A stretch of 64,000 nt of DNA from an uncultured Acidobacteriota bacterium (lineage in GTDB: Bacteria; Acidobacteriota; Thermoanaerobaculia; Multivoradales; UBA5704). This document shows, in pieces, positions 1 through 8,653 of this stretch. The notes beneath the pieces were generated by a model that did no database searches, was not told the DNA's origin, and was given only the letters and a program-made list of their open reading frames with translations. Each line of letters starts with the position of its first letter. Position 1 is the first letter of the stretch. The DNA lies in NCBI GenBank assembly GCA_963770895.1, contig CAVYRF010000002.1:3520001-3584000 (forward strand), read 5' to 3'. The position numbers were made by a program, and so were the translations under genes.

Positions 1-1957
1 GCGCCCGCTCGACGATCTGGATGAAGGCGTCTTCGAGCGACAGGCGCCCCTGGCGCGCGGCGAGGACGCGGATGCCCGCCGCGTTGAGCTTGGCGGTCAG
101 GTCGCGCAGGGCCTGGTCGGGTTGCTCGTCGGTGAAGACGTGCAGGCGATCGCCGAAGACCGACACCCGCCAGGGCTCGATCTCGGTGCGCAGCAGGTCG
201 GCGGCGCGCTGCGCCGGGTCGGCCACCAACTCCAGGAGGTGGCCGGGCTGCTGGCTCTTGATCCCGGTCGGGGTCCCTTCGGCGACCAGCTCGCCGGCGA
301 CCATCAGGCCGAGCCGGTTGCACTGCTCGGCTTCCTCCAGGTAGTGGGTGGTGACCAGGATGGCGGTGCCGGTGTCGGCCAGCCGGTTGATCAGCGTCCA
401 GAAGGAGCGGCGGGCCAGCGGATCGACTCCCGAGGTGGGCTCGTCCAGGAACAGCACGCGCGGCTCGTGCATGATGGCGGCGCCGAAGGCGACGCGCTGC
501 TTCCAGCCGGTGGGGAGGCTGCCGACCAGCTGGTTTTCCTTGCCGGTGAGGCCGGCGAAGGCGACCACCCAGCGGATCTTTTCGGCGCGCTCGGCGGGCG
601 GCACGCCGTAGACGCCGGCGAAGAACTCCAGGTTGCTGGCCAGCGGCAGGTCGTCGTACAGCGAGAACTTCTGCGACATGTAGCCCACCCGCTGGCGCAC
701 CTCGCGCGAGCGCACGTCGCCGCTTTCGCTCGCCAGCTGCACCTTGCCGCTGGTCGGATCGAGCAGGCCGCACAGCATGCGGATCATCGTCGTCTTGCCG
801 GCGCCGTTGGCGCCGAGCAGGCCGTAGACCTCGCCGTAGCTCACCTGCAGGCTCACCTGGTCGACCGCGGTGAAGGCGCCGAACTGCTTGGTCAGGCGGT
901 CGCCGCCGATCGCCACCTGCCCCTTGCCGGCGGCGTGATCGTGGCGGCCGGGGAAGGGCACCCGCGGCACCTCGTAGCCCAGGCTGCGCAGTCGCGCCAC
1001 CAGGACGTTTTCGAGCATCGGCTGGTCGCGTTGCAGCTCGATGCCGTCACCCAACGCCTGGCGGACGGCGTGCTCCGCCTGGTCCGGCTGGTGGACCAGC
1101 AGGTCCAGGCGGTCGCCGAAGCGCTGGATGTCATCGATCGGCTGGTCGGGGCCGCAGATGGGGGCCAGGGCGCGCTCGGCGGCGCCGAGGTCGGCGGCGC
1201 GCAGCTCCAGGCGGGTGGCGCCCAGGCTGGCGCGCAGCTGGGCGGGGGTGCCGACCTGCTGGATGACGCCCTGGTGCAGGAACGCCACCCGATGGCAGCG
1301 CTCGGCTTCGTCCAGGTAGGGCGTGGCGACCAGGATGGTCAGGCCGTCGGCGGCCAGGTGCACGAGCGCGTCCCACAGCTCGCGGCGCGACACCGGGTCG
1401 ACGCCGGTCGTGGGCTCGTCGAGCAGCAGCACGCGCGGTTGCGGCACCAGCGCCGCGACCAGGGCCAGCTTCTGCTTCATGCCGCCGCTCAGCTTGCCGG
1501 CCAGGCGGTCGGTGAAGCGGTCCATGTCGAACATGCGCAGGTAGCGCAGGCTGCGCTCGGCGATCTGGTGCGGCGGGATGAGGCGCAGATCGCCGATGTA
1601 GCGGATGTTTTCGGCGACGCTCAGGTCGAGGTAGAGGCTGAAGCTCTGCGTCAGGTAGCCGGTCTGCGCCCGCATCTCGCGCGCCGGGCGGCCGAACACG
1701 CGGGCGCTGCCCGCGGTCGCTTCCATGACGCCGGCGAGGACCTGAAAGGTGCTGGTCTTGCCGGCGCCGTCGGCGCCGATGAGGCCGAAGATTTCGCCCT
1801 CTTCGACGGTGAAATCGATGCCGCGCACGGCCTTGACCGCGCCGTACTCCTTGCTGAGCGACTGGACCTGAATGGCGCCGCGCGGCTGGCGGGCCGGCGC
1901 TGCCGGCGGCTCCGCCACCGTCGCGGCCGTCGCCGTGGGGGCGGCGGCAGGGCTCAC
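1..1957 (-). CDS. ABC transporter ATP-binding protein with two ATPase domains (YbhF-like); runs off the left edge
   Basis: Not in the ORF track (no stop in window). Read on the minus strand: GTG at 1957 overlapping the HlyD TGA (GTGA), Walker A GLIGADGAGKT with LSGGMKQKL and LLLDEPT, second Walker A GLLGANGAGKT with LPTGWKQRV and LFLDEPTSG. Confidence 0.9.
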   Translation of the reverse strand, partial: MSPAAAPTATAATVAEPPAAPARQPRGAIQVQSLSKEYGAVKAVRGIDFTVEEGEIFGLIGADGAGKTSTFQVLAGVMEATAGSARVFGRPAREMRAQTGYLTQSFSLYLDLSVAENIRYIGDLRLIPPHQIAERSLRYLRMFDMDRFTDRLAGKLSGGMKQKLALVAALVPQPRVLLLDEPTTGVDPVSRRELWDALVHLAADGLTILVATPYLDEAERCHRVAFLHQGVIQQVGTPAQLRASLGATRLELRAADLGAAERALAPICGPDQPIDDIQRFGDRLDLLVHQPDQAEHAVRQALGDGIELQRDQPMLENVLVARLRSLGYEVPRVPFPGRHDHAAGKGQVAIGGDRLTKQFGAFTAVDQVSLQVSYGEVYGLLGANGAGKTTMIRMLCGLLDPTSGKVQLASESGDVRSREVRQRVGYMSQKFSLYDDLPLASNLEFFAGVYGVPPAERAEKIRWVVAFAGLTGKENQLVGSLPTGWKQRVAFGAAIMHEPRVLFLDEPTSGVDPLARRSFWTLINRLADTGTAILVTTHYLEEAEQCNRLGLMVAGELVAEGTPTGIKSQQPGHLLELVADPAQRAADLLRTEIEPWRVSVFGDRLHVFTDEQPDQALRDLTAKLNAAGIRVLAARQGRLSLEDAFIQIVERA

Positions 1958-3333
1958 GGCGCGACCCGCTTGGACGGCCAGGCGTCGCGGGTCAGGATCT
2001 CGCCGTCGGCCGGCATGCCCGGCTTGGCGTAGCCGGCAGCCGCCTGCGGCCCGAGCTGCAGCTTGACGCCGACCACCTGCTTGACGCGGTCTTCGCGGAA
2101 GTAGGTGTTTTCGGGGGTGAACGACGCCGCGGGGTCGATGCGCGACACGAAGGCGTCGACCGGCTGCCGGGGATTGGAGTCCAGGTAGAGCCGCGCCGCC
2201 TGGCCCACCCGCACGGCGCCGATCTGGCCTTCGGGGACGAAGCCGCGCAGATAGACCTTGTGGAGGTCGAGCAGGGTGACCACCGGCGTCCCGGCGGTGA
2301 TCACTTCGCCGGGTTCGACGGTGCGGGTGCTGATGGTGCCGGCAAACGGCGCCGTCACCACCAGGTCGCGGCGGTTGGCCTGCGCTTCGGCGAGCTGCGC
2401 CTGGGCCTGGCCGATCTGCGCCGCGGCGCTGGCCGCCTGCGCCTGCTGCTGCACGATCTGGGCGCGCACGGCGTCGACGCGGGCGACGTGGATGTCGGGA
2501 TTGTCCAGGTTGGCCTGGGCGGTGGCCAGGGCGCCGCGCGCCGCTTCGGCGCGCCGCTTGGCGGCGGCGGTCGCCGCCGCCTGCTGGCCGGCGGTGGCCA
2601 CGGCCTGCTTGCCCTGGCGCTCGGACACGGCGCCGGTCGCGGCCAGCTTGGTATAGGCGTCCTGGTCGAACAGGGCCAGCTGCAGCGCCGCCTCCTGCTG
2701 CGCCGTATCGGCTTCGGCGGCGGCCAGGTCGGCGGTCGCCTGGCGCACGCGTCCGGCGGCGTCTGTGGTGGCCTGCCGGGTCTGGATCTGCTCCTGGCGC
2801 AGCTGGTCCTGCAGGATGGTGATCTGCTCGAGCGCCGCGCGGCTCTGCGCCTGGGCCTGGGCCAGCGCGGCGCGGGCCTGGTCTTCGCGCGCCCGCACCT
2901 GGTCGTCGGCGAGCACCGCCAGCACGGCGCCGGCCGCCACCACGTCGCCCTCGCGCACCCGCACCTGCAGCACGCGGCCGCCGGTGTTGGGCGCCACCGC
3001 CGAGTCGTCGCCCTCGATGCGGCCGCTGACCGTGACGATGTTGTCCGGTACGTGCGGTCCGGCAAAGAACACGCGCCACGCCACGATGCCGGCCAGAACG
3101 ACCGCCGCCGCCAGCAGGATCCACTTGATCCGCGAGCCGGCCGCCGGCCTGGCCGGCGGCGCGGCGGGTTCGCCGGGGGGTGCGGCGGGATCTGCCGGCG
3201 GTGCGGCGGCGGGCCTGCCCGGCGCGGCCGTCTGCGCCGGCGGCGCGGCTGCCGCGCCGTCCTCTGGCGAAGCGGATTGCGGGTCCCGACGTTCCGTCTG
3301 GACGCGGGCGTCGGCGGCTGGCGATTGCGTCAT
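1954..3333 (-). CDS. HlyD-family efflux periplasmic adaptor (YbhG-like)
   Basis: ATG at 3333 (MTQSPAAD) overlaps the TetR stop; N-terminal TM (KWILLAAAVVLAGIVAW), VSGRIEG..V.VREGD.V..G lipoyl motif, coiled coil, ASFTPEN...R, KPGMPADG. Confidence 0.9.
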   Translation of the reverse strand: MTQSPAADARVQTERRDPQSASPEDGAAAAPPAQTAAPGRPAAAPPADPAAPPGEPAAPPARPAAGSRIKWILLAAAVVLAGIVAWRVFFAGPHVPDNIVTVSGRIEGDDSAVAPNTGGRVLQVRVREGDVVAAGAVLAVLADDQVRAREDQARAALAQAQAQSRAALEQITILQDQLRQEQIQTRQATTDAAGRVRQATADLAAAEADTAQQEAALQLALFDQDAYTKLAATGAVSERQGKQAVATAGQQAAATAAAKRRAEAARGALATAQANLDNPDIHVARVDAVRAQIVQQQAQAASAAAQIGQAQAQLAEAQANRRDLVVTAPFAGTISTRTVEPGEVITAGTPVVTLLDLHKVYLRGFVPEGQIGAVRVGQAARLYLDSNPRQPVDAFVSRIDPAASFTPENTYFREDRVKQVVGVKLQLGPQAAAGYAKPGMPADGEILTRDAWPSKRVAP

Positions 3334-4067
3334 GGTCGGGTCCTCGGTGCGCGGGTGGCGGCGTCGTGCCGCTGCCGGGCGGCGGCGTCGCGGCGGTGTC
3401 CGGCGCCGGCCTCCCGCAGGTAGGCGAGCGAAAAGTCGGCGATGTGGTCGGCGATCGGTCCCACCCTGGCGGGCGTCAACTGGTCCTGCGGCCACAGCTG
3501 CGCCAGCAGCGGCGAGCCCAGCACGTAGAACAGGATCTGCCCCACGATGCTGTAGGCGCACAGGTGCGTCTGGGGATCGTCGGCAGGCAGGTCCAGGATC
3601 TTGCCGATCAGCTCCAGCATGCGCGCGAACAGCGGCCGGCTCACGGTTTCGGTGATGTGCGCCAGCGCCGGCGTGGGGTGGGCGAACTCATGCGCCATGA
3701 TGCCCAGCTGCCAGTCCGCCAGGCCGCGCCGCGCCGCGCCTTCGAGCCGGGCGCGGATCACGGCGCGCAGCATCTCTTCGGGCGGCGCGTCGCTGTCGAA
3801 AGCGTCGCGCATCGCGTCGATGCGGGACGCCTTGACCGATTCCTGCAGCACCGCCGTGTACAGGCCCAACTTGTCGCCGAAGTGATAGTTGATCGCCGCC
3901 ACGTTGGCGCCCGCCCGCCGGCAGATCTCCCGCACCGTCGCCGCCTGGAAGCCGCGCTCCGCGAACACCCGGCCCGCCGCCTCGATCAGCTTGTCGCGCG
4001 TCGCGTCGCTCCCCGCCGTCCCCCTGGCCGAGTCCGTGCCCGCCCTGCTGGATGCCGCGCGCGCCAT
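3330..4067 (-). CDS. TetR-family regulator with DUF1956/CecR(YbiH)-like C-terminus
   Basis: TRDKLIEAAGRVFAERGFQAATVREICRRAGANVAAINYHFGDK HTH; C-terminal SIVGQILFY...HIADFSL; heads the TetR-HlyD-ABC operon. Confidence 0.88.
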   Translation of the reverse strand: MARAASSRAGTDSARGTAGSDATRDKLIEAAGRVFAERGFQAATVREICRRAGANVAAINYHFGDKLGLYTAVLQESVKASRIDAMRDAFDSDAPPEEMLRAVIRARLEGAARRGLADWQLGIMAHEFAHPTPALAHITETVSRPLFARMLELIGKILDLPADDPQTHLCAYSIVGQILFYVLGSPLLAQLWPQDQLTPARVGPIADHIADFSLAYLREAGAGHRRDAAARQRHDAATRAPRTRP

Positions 4068-4077
4068 GGCAAACAGA

Positions 4078-4107
4078 AGTTTAAAGCGCGTGTTTGACTT
4101 GCGTCAA
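4078..4107 (-). promoter_or_regulatory. Putative sigma70 promoter of the tetR operon with an overlapping inverted repeat (candidate operator)
   Basis: Minus strand TTGACG (4107-4102), 18 nt, TAAACT (4083-4078), 10 nt before the tetR ATG; perfect inverted repeat TTGAC-N4-GTCAA at 4094-4107 covers the -35. Confidence 0.5.
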
Positions 4108-4790
4108 GAGACGGCGTCGGCGGCCGCCATGAACTGAAAGATGAATTCGAACAGCTCCAGATGGTTCTGGGCGGCCTGGGCGTCGTCGCCCCACACGGTC
4201 AGGCCGTGGTCGCGGATCAGGAATCCGGGCAGGCGCGGCGGCGCGGCGCGGAAGCTCTCTTCCATCTGGGCCGCGATGTCCGGCACGTGGGTATGGTTGG
4301 GGAAGTGCGCGACCGCCACGGCCGGGCGCTCTTCCCAGACGCCCAGACCCTTGAGCATCTCGATTGGCGGCAGGCGGACGTGCGCCGCGGAGCCGGCCCG
4401 GTACGACACCACGTTGGCGGCGACGGTGTGCACGTGATAGCAGGCGGCAGCCTGGGGGAAGAGGCGATAGACGACCTGGTGCAGCGCCGCCTCCGCCGAC
4501 GGCCGGTCCTGGTCGCGGCCGCGCTCCAGCAGGTCGCCGTCCGGCCCCATGCGCACGAAGTCGCGCCGGCCCAGGGCGCCCTTGCCCTTGCCGCTGGCGG
4601 TGATCCAGAAGGAGCGGTCGGGCAGCCGGAGTGACAGGTTGCCGGCGGTACCCATCATCCAGCCGCGGCCGTACAGGCGGCGCGCCGTGGCCGCCAGCGC
4701 GCGGCGCGGGTCTTGCTGCCGCGGCGCGGCGCCGGGCGCGTCCTGCCGGGTTGGGGAGTGCGGTGCGGCGTCCTCGGGCGGCGAGCTCAA
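4104..4790 (-). CDS. mtnB: Methylthioribulose-1-phosphate dehydratase (class II aldolase fold)
   Basis: GWMMGTAGNLS, ITASG..KG, PSAEA.LH, YHVHT, EMLKGL, GFLIRDHGLTVWG motifs; likely TTG start at 4790 with AGGAG upstream. Confidence 0.88.
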   Translation of the reverse strand: MSSPPEDAAPHSPTRQDAPGAAPRQQDPRRALAATARRLYGRGWMMGTAGNLSLRLPDRSFWITASGKGKGALGRRDFVRMGPDGDLLERGRDQDRPSAEAALHQVVYRLFPQAAACYHVHTVAANVVSYRAGSAAHVRLPPIEMLKGLGVWEERPAVAVAHFPNHTHVPDIAAQMEESFRAAPPRLPGFLIRDHGLTVWGDDAQAAQNHLELFEFIFQFMAAADAVS

Positions 4791-4945
4791 GCGGGCTCCT
4801 TGGGGAGGCGGGTGGAAGGTGGCGGGCGCGGGGACAAGGGCGCGGCCGTCACAGTAACAGTGGCGGAGTGCTGTCCACAAGTGATCAAATCGGTACACAA
4901 GAGGAGTGAGGCGGGACAGCTGCGCCTCAATAAGGAGACCATGCC

Positions 4946-5515
4946 ATGGCCATCGTGACCTACCGCGAATCGGGGCGGGTGCTCGAAGATGCAGCGGCGA
5001 TCGGCGACGCCCTGGCGCCGTTGGGGATCTGGTATCGCCGCTTCGAGGGCTCGGATCAGCTTGCCGACGACGCCACCGATCAGCAGATCCTGGACGCGTA
5101 TCGCGAACCGATCGAACAGCTCATGGCCGAAGGCGGCTACGTCACCGCCGACGTGATCAATATCAAGCCCGAGGTGCCCGGCCTGGAAGGCATGCTCAAC
5201 CGCTTCAACAAAGAGCACTACCACGACGAAGACGAAGTGCGTTTCATCGTCCACGGCCGCGGCCTGTTTCACATCCACCCGCAGAGCGAGCCGCGCGAGG
5301 TGTTCAGCATCGAAGTGCTCAAGGGCGACATGATCCGCGTGCCGCGCGGCACCCATCATTGGTTCGACCTGTGCGCCGATCGCACCATCCGCGCCATCCG
5401 CCTGTTTCAGGACCAGTCGGGCTGGACGCCGCACTACACCCAAAGCGGCACCGACGCGCGCCACCAGCCGCTCTGCTTCGGGCCGCGCTACCTGCCGCAC
5501 GCTCCGGCGCTCTAG
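4946..5515 (+). CDS. mtnD: Acireductone dioxygenase (ARD, cupin)
   Basis: GYVTADVI, F.KEHYHDEDEVRF, GDMIRVP.GTHHWF, AIRLFQD..GW; AAGGAG RBS upstream. Confidence 0.93.
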   Translation: MAIVTYRESGRVLEDAAAIGDALAPLGIWYRRFEGSDQLADDATDQQILDAYREPIEQLMAEGGYVTADVINIKPEVPGLEGMLNRFNKEHYHDEDEVRFIVHGRGLFHIHPQSEPREVFSIEVLKGDMIRVPRGTHHWFDLCADRTIRAIRLFQDQSGWTPHYTQSGTDARHQPLCFGPRYLPHAPAL

Positions 5516-5528
5516 GAAAGCCTTGCCG

Positions 5529-6329
5529 ATGGCTCTACCGGTTGGATTGCGCGGCGTGCTGACCGATATCGAAGGCACGACGACGGCGATCTCGTTCGTC
5601 TACCAGACGCTCTTTCCGTACGCGGCGGCGCGGCTGGATGCCGTGTGCGCGCGGGCCGCGGCGGCGAGCGGCGCCGGCGGCGACAGCGCCGGCGACGTCG
5701 CACAGGTTGCCGCCGCGGTGGACCTGCTGCGCGGCGAATACGCCGCCGAGGCGGCTGCTGCCGCCGCGCCGCTGCCCGACTTTGGCGACGGTGCGCCCTA
5801 CGCCCACTACCTGATGGCTCAGGACCGCAAATCGACCGGCCTCAAGGCGCTCCAGGGCTTGATCTGGAAGCACGGCTACGACAGCGGCCGGCTGGTCAGC
5901 CAGGTCTTTGACGACGTGCCGCCGGCGCTCGCCGCCTGGCGGGCGGCGGGGCTGCGCCTGCGGGTGTTCTCTTCGGGCAGCCGGCAGGCGCAGCAGCAGC
6001 TGTTTGCGCGCACCGAGCACGGCGACCTGACGGCGCTCTTCGACGGCTTCCACGACACCACGACCGGGCCGAAGCGCGAGGTGGATGCCTACCGCAAGAT
6101 CGCGGCGGCCTTCGCGCTGCCGCCGGCGACGCTGCTGTTTCTGTCCGACGTGGCCGCGGAGCTGGACGCGGCGGCGGCGGCCGGGTACGCCACCGCGCTG
6201 GTGGTGCGGCCCGGCAACCCCGCGCAACCCGCGGGGCCTCACCCCGTGGTGCGCAGCTTTGACCAGCTGCTGCCGGATGCGGCGCCGGCCGCGGCGGCGG
6301 CGCTTGCTGGAAGGGATGGTGCGACATGA
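5529..6329 (+). CDS. mtnC: Enolase-phosphatase E1 / acireductone synthase (HAD)
   Basis: LTDIEGTTTAISFV..TLFPYA, DRKSTGLKALQGLIW..GY, FSSGS..AQ, GPKRE, LFLSD...ELDAA..AG. Confidence 0.93.
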   Translation: MALPVGLRGVLTDIEGTTTAISFVYQTLFPYAAARLDAVCARAAAASGAGGDSAGDVAQVAAAVDLLRGEYAAEAAAAAAPLPDFGDGAPYAHYLMAQDRKSTGLKALQGLIWKHGYDSGRLVSQVFDDVPPALAAWRAAGLRLRVFSSGSRQAQQQLFARTEHGDLTALFDGFHDTTTGPKREVDAYRKIAAAFALPPATLLFLSDVAAELDAAAAAGYATALVVRPGNPAQPAGPHPVVRSFDQLLPDAAPAAAAALAGRDGAT

Positions 6330-7408
6330 AAACGATCAAGGTGCTGGTGTGGGATCTGGATCACACGCTGTGGGACGGCGTGCTGCTGGAAGGCGACGCG
6401 GTGCGCCTGCGTCCCGCCGTCGAAGACCTGCTGCGCGAGCTGGACGCGCGCGGCATCCTGCTGTCGATCGCCAGCAAGAACGATCACGATGCGGCGATGG
6501 CCCGCCTGCGCGAGCTGGGCGTCGCCGATTATTTCATCTATCCGCAGATCAGCTGGAACGCCAAGTCGCAGGCGATCGCGAACATCGCCACCTCGATCAA
6601 CGTCGGCCGCGACGCCATCGCCTTTGTCGACGACGACCCGTTCGAACGTGACGAGGTGCGCCATGCGCATCCCGAGGTGACGGTGCTCGATGCGCAGGAG
6701 GTCGCCGAGCTTGCCGGGCGCCCTGAATTCATGCCGCGCTTCATCACCGACGAATCGGCGCTGCGGCGCCGCATGTATCAGGCCGATATCGAGCGCAACC
6801 GCGCCGAAGCGGATTTTCAAGGGCCGCAGGAAGAGTTCCTTGCCGGCCTGGGGATGAAGTTCACGATCCATCCGGCGCAGGAATCGGACCTGCGGCGTGC
6901 CGAAGAGCTGACGGTGCGCACCAACCAGCTGAACAGCTCGGGGCAGACCTATTCGTACGAGGAGCTGGACGCGTTCCGCCGCTCGCCGCACCACCTGCTG
7001 CTGGTGGCCGGGCTGACCGACCTGTACGGCACCTATGGCAAGATCGGCCTGGCGCTGATCGAAACGCAGCCGGACGTGTGGACGCTCAAGCTGCTCCTGA
7101 TGTCGTGCCGCGTCATCTCGCGCGGCGTCGGCAGCATCCTGGTCAGCCACATCCTGCAGCTTGCGAAGGCGGCCGGAGCGCGGTTTCAGGCGGAATTCAA
7201 ATCGACGTCGCGCAACCGGATGATGCTTGTGACCTACAAGTTTTCCGGTTTCCGCGAGGTGGCCAAAAACGGCGAGCTGCTGGTGTTCGAGCACCCCCTG
7301 ACCGGCGTGCAGCCGTTCCCCGCCTATGTCGATGTGGATCTTTCGGCGGGCGGCGAGGACGCGGCGCCCGCACCGGCAGATCAGCCGGCGATTCTGGCAT
7401 CACGATGA
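6326..7408 (+). CDS. fkbH: FkbH-like HAD-IIIC glyceryl transferase/phosphatase
   Basis: KVLVWDLDHTLWDG, SIASKN, FVDDDPFERDEV, RTNQLN, LLMSCRV (conserved Cys); ATG overlaps the mtnC stop (ATGA). Confidence 0.92.
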   Translation: MKTIKVLVWDLDHTLWDGVLLEGDAVRLRPAVEDLLRELDARGILLSIASKNDHDAAMARLRELGVADYFIYPQISWNAKSQAIANIATSINVGRDAIAFVDDDPFERDEVRHAHPEVTVLDAQEVAELAGRPEFMPRFITDESALRRRMYQADIERNRAEADFQGPQEEFLAGLGMKFTIHPAQESDLRRAEELTVRTNQLNSSGQTYSYEELDAFRRSPHHLLLVAGLTDLYGTYGKIGLALIETQPDVWTLKLLLMSCRVISRGVGSILVSHILQLAKAAGARFQAEFKSTSRNRMMLVTYKFSGFREVAKNGELLVFEHPLTGVQPFPAYVDVDLSAGGEDAAPAPADQPAILASR

Positions 7409-7421
7409 GGGAGGAGACACA

Positions 7422-8360
7422 TTGCAGACGATAGGGGTCATCGGCGCCGGGGTCATGGGAACCGGCGTCGCACAGGACGTTGCACAACACGGACGACAGG
7501 TGATCCTGATCGACCTGGACGACGCCCGGCTCGAACGGGCAAAACGCGAGATCCGCGCCAACCTGCGCATGCAGGGCTTCTTCCGCCCGCCGGCCGCGGC
7601 CGCGGCTGCGACCGCGGCGACCATGGCGGCGGGGGCAGCCGCGGCACCGGCGGCGGCCAAGCCGGCCGCGGGTCCGCTCGGCGGCGGCAGCCCCGCGGTC
7701 CTGGCGCGCATCCAGTTCACCACCGACTATGCTCAATTGGCGGCGGCCGACTTCGTGGTCGAGAACGTCGTCGAAAAGTGGCCGGTCAAACAGGGCGTCT
7801 ACAAGCTCCTGGACGCGCACTGCCCGCCCGAATGTGTGTTTGCCGCCAACACCTCGGCGATCTCGATCACCAAGATCGGCGGCGCCACCGGCCGCCCCGA
7901 CCGCGTGCTCGGCATGCATTTCATGAACCCGGTGCCGCTCAAGCCGATGGTCGAGGTGATCCGCGGCTTTCATACCTCCGAAGCGACGCTGGCGCGGGCG
8001 CACCAATTCCTGGCGCTGCTCGGCAAGGAGGGCATCGTGGTCAACGACATGCCCGGCTTTGTCACCAACCGCGTGCTGATGCTCACCATCAACGAAGCGA
8101 TCTTCCTGGTGCAGGACCAGGTGGCGGCGCACGACGACGTCGATCGCATTTTCAAGGGCTGCTTCGGCCATAAGATGGGGCCGCTCGAAACCGGCGACCT
8201 GATCGGCCTGGACACCATCCTGTTTTCGCTGGAAGTGCTGTACGAAAGCTACAACGACGACAAATACCGGCCCTGCCCGCTGTTGCGCAAGATGGTCGAC
8301 GCCGGTCTGCACGGCCGCAAGAGCGGTCGCGGCTTCTACACCTACGATACGGCGGACTAG
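7422..8360 (+). CDS. 3-hydroxyacyl-CoA/ACP dehydrogenase (FkbK/ZmaG-like)
   Basis: GVIGAGVMGTGVA Rossmann motif, NTSAISIT, GMHFMNP, PGFVTNRVL, FGHKMGPLETGDLIGLDT; TTG start after GGAGGAG. Confidence 0.9.
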   Translation: MQTIGVIGAGVMGTGVAQDVAQHGRQVILIDLDDARLERAKREIRANLRMQGFFRPPAAAAAATAATMAAGAAAAPAAAKPAAGPLGGGSPAVLARIQFTTDYAQLAAADFVVENVVEKWPVKQGVYKLLDAHCPPECVFAANTSAISITKIGGATGRPDRVLGMHFMNPVPLKPMVEVIRGFHTSEATLARAHQFLALLGKEGIVVNDMPGFVTNRVLMLTINEAIFLVQDQVAAHDDVDRIFKGCFGHKMGPLETGDLIGLDTILFSLEVLYESYNDDKYRPCPLLRKMVDAGLHGRKSGRGFYTYDTAD

Positions 8361-8366
8361 AGAGCC

Positions 8367-8636
8367 ATGAACGACGTTCAAACCCACATCAAGACCTTTC
8401 TGTCGCGCTTTTTCCGCAATCACGACCTGCAGCCCGACGAAGACATCTTCGCCCTGGGCTTCGTCAACTCGCTGCTCGCCATGCAGCTGGTCAACTTCGT
8501 CGAAAAGGAGTTCGGCGTCACCATCGAAGACGAAGACCTCGACCTGGACAACTTCCGCACCCTGCACGCCATCGACGCCCTGGTCGAGCGCAAGCGCGCC
8601 GGCGGCGCCCCCGCCCCGGCCCCGGCCGCGGGTTAG
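8367..8636 (+). CDS. Acyl carrier protein (FkbJ/ZmaD-like)
   Basis: DIFALGFVNSLLAMQLV.FVEKEF carrier motif (Ser in GFVNSL), DLDLDNFRT. Confidence 0.9.
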   Translation: MNDVQTHIKTFLSRFFRNHDLQPDEDIFALGFVNSLLAMQLVNFVEKEFGVTIEDEDLDLDNFRTLHAIDALVERKRAGGAPAPAPAAG

Positions 8637-8653
8637 CAGGGACGGCGCCGCCG

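Noticed and set aside
122-2032. 636-aa plus-strand ORF
   Set aside because: Antisense shadow of the minus-strand dual ABC ATPase, which carries the Walker motifs.
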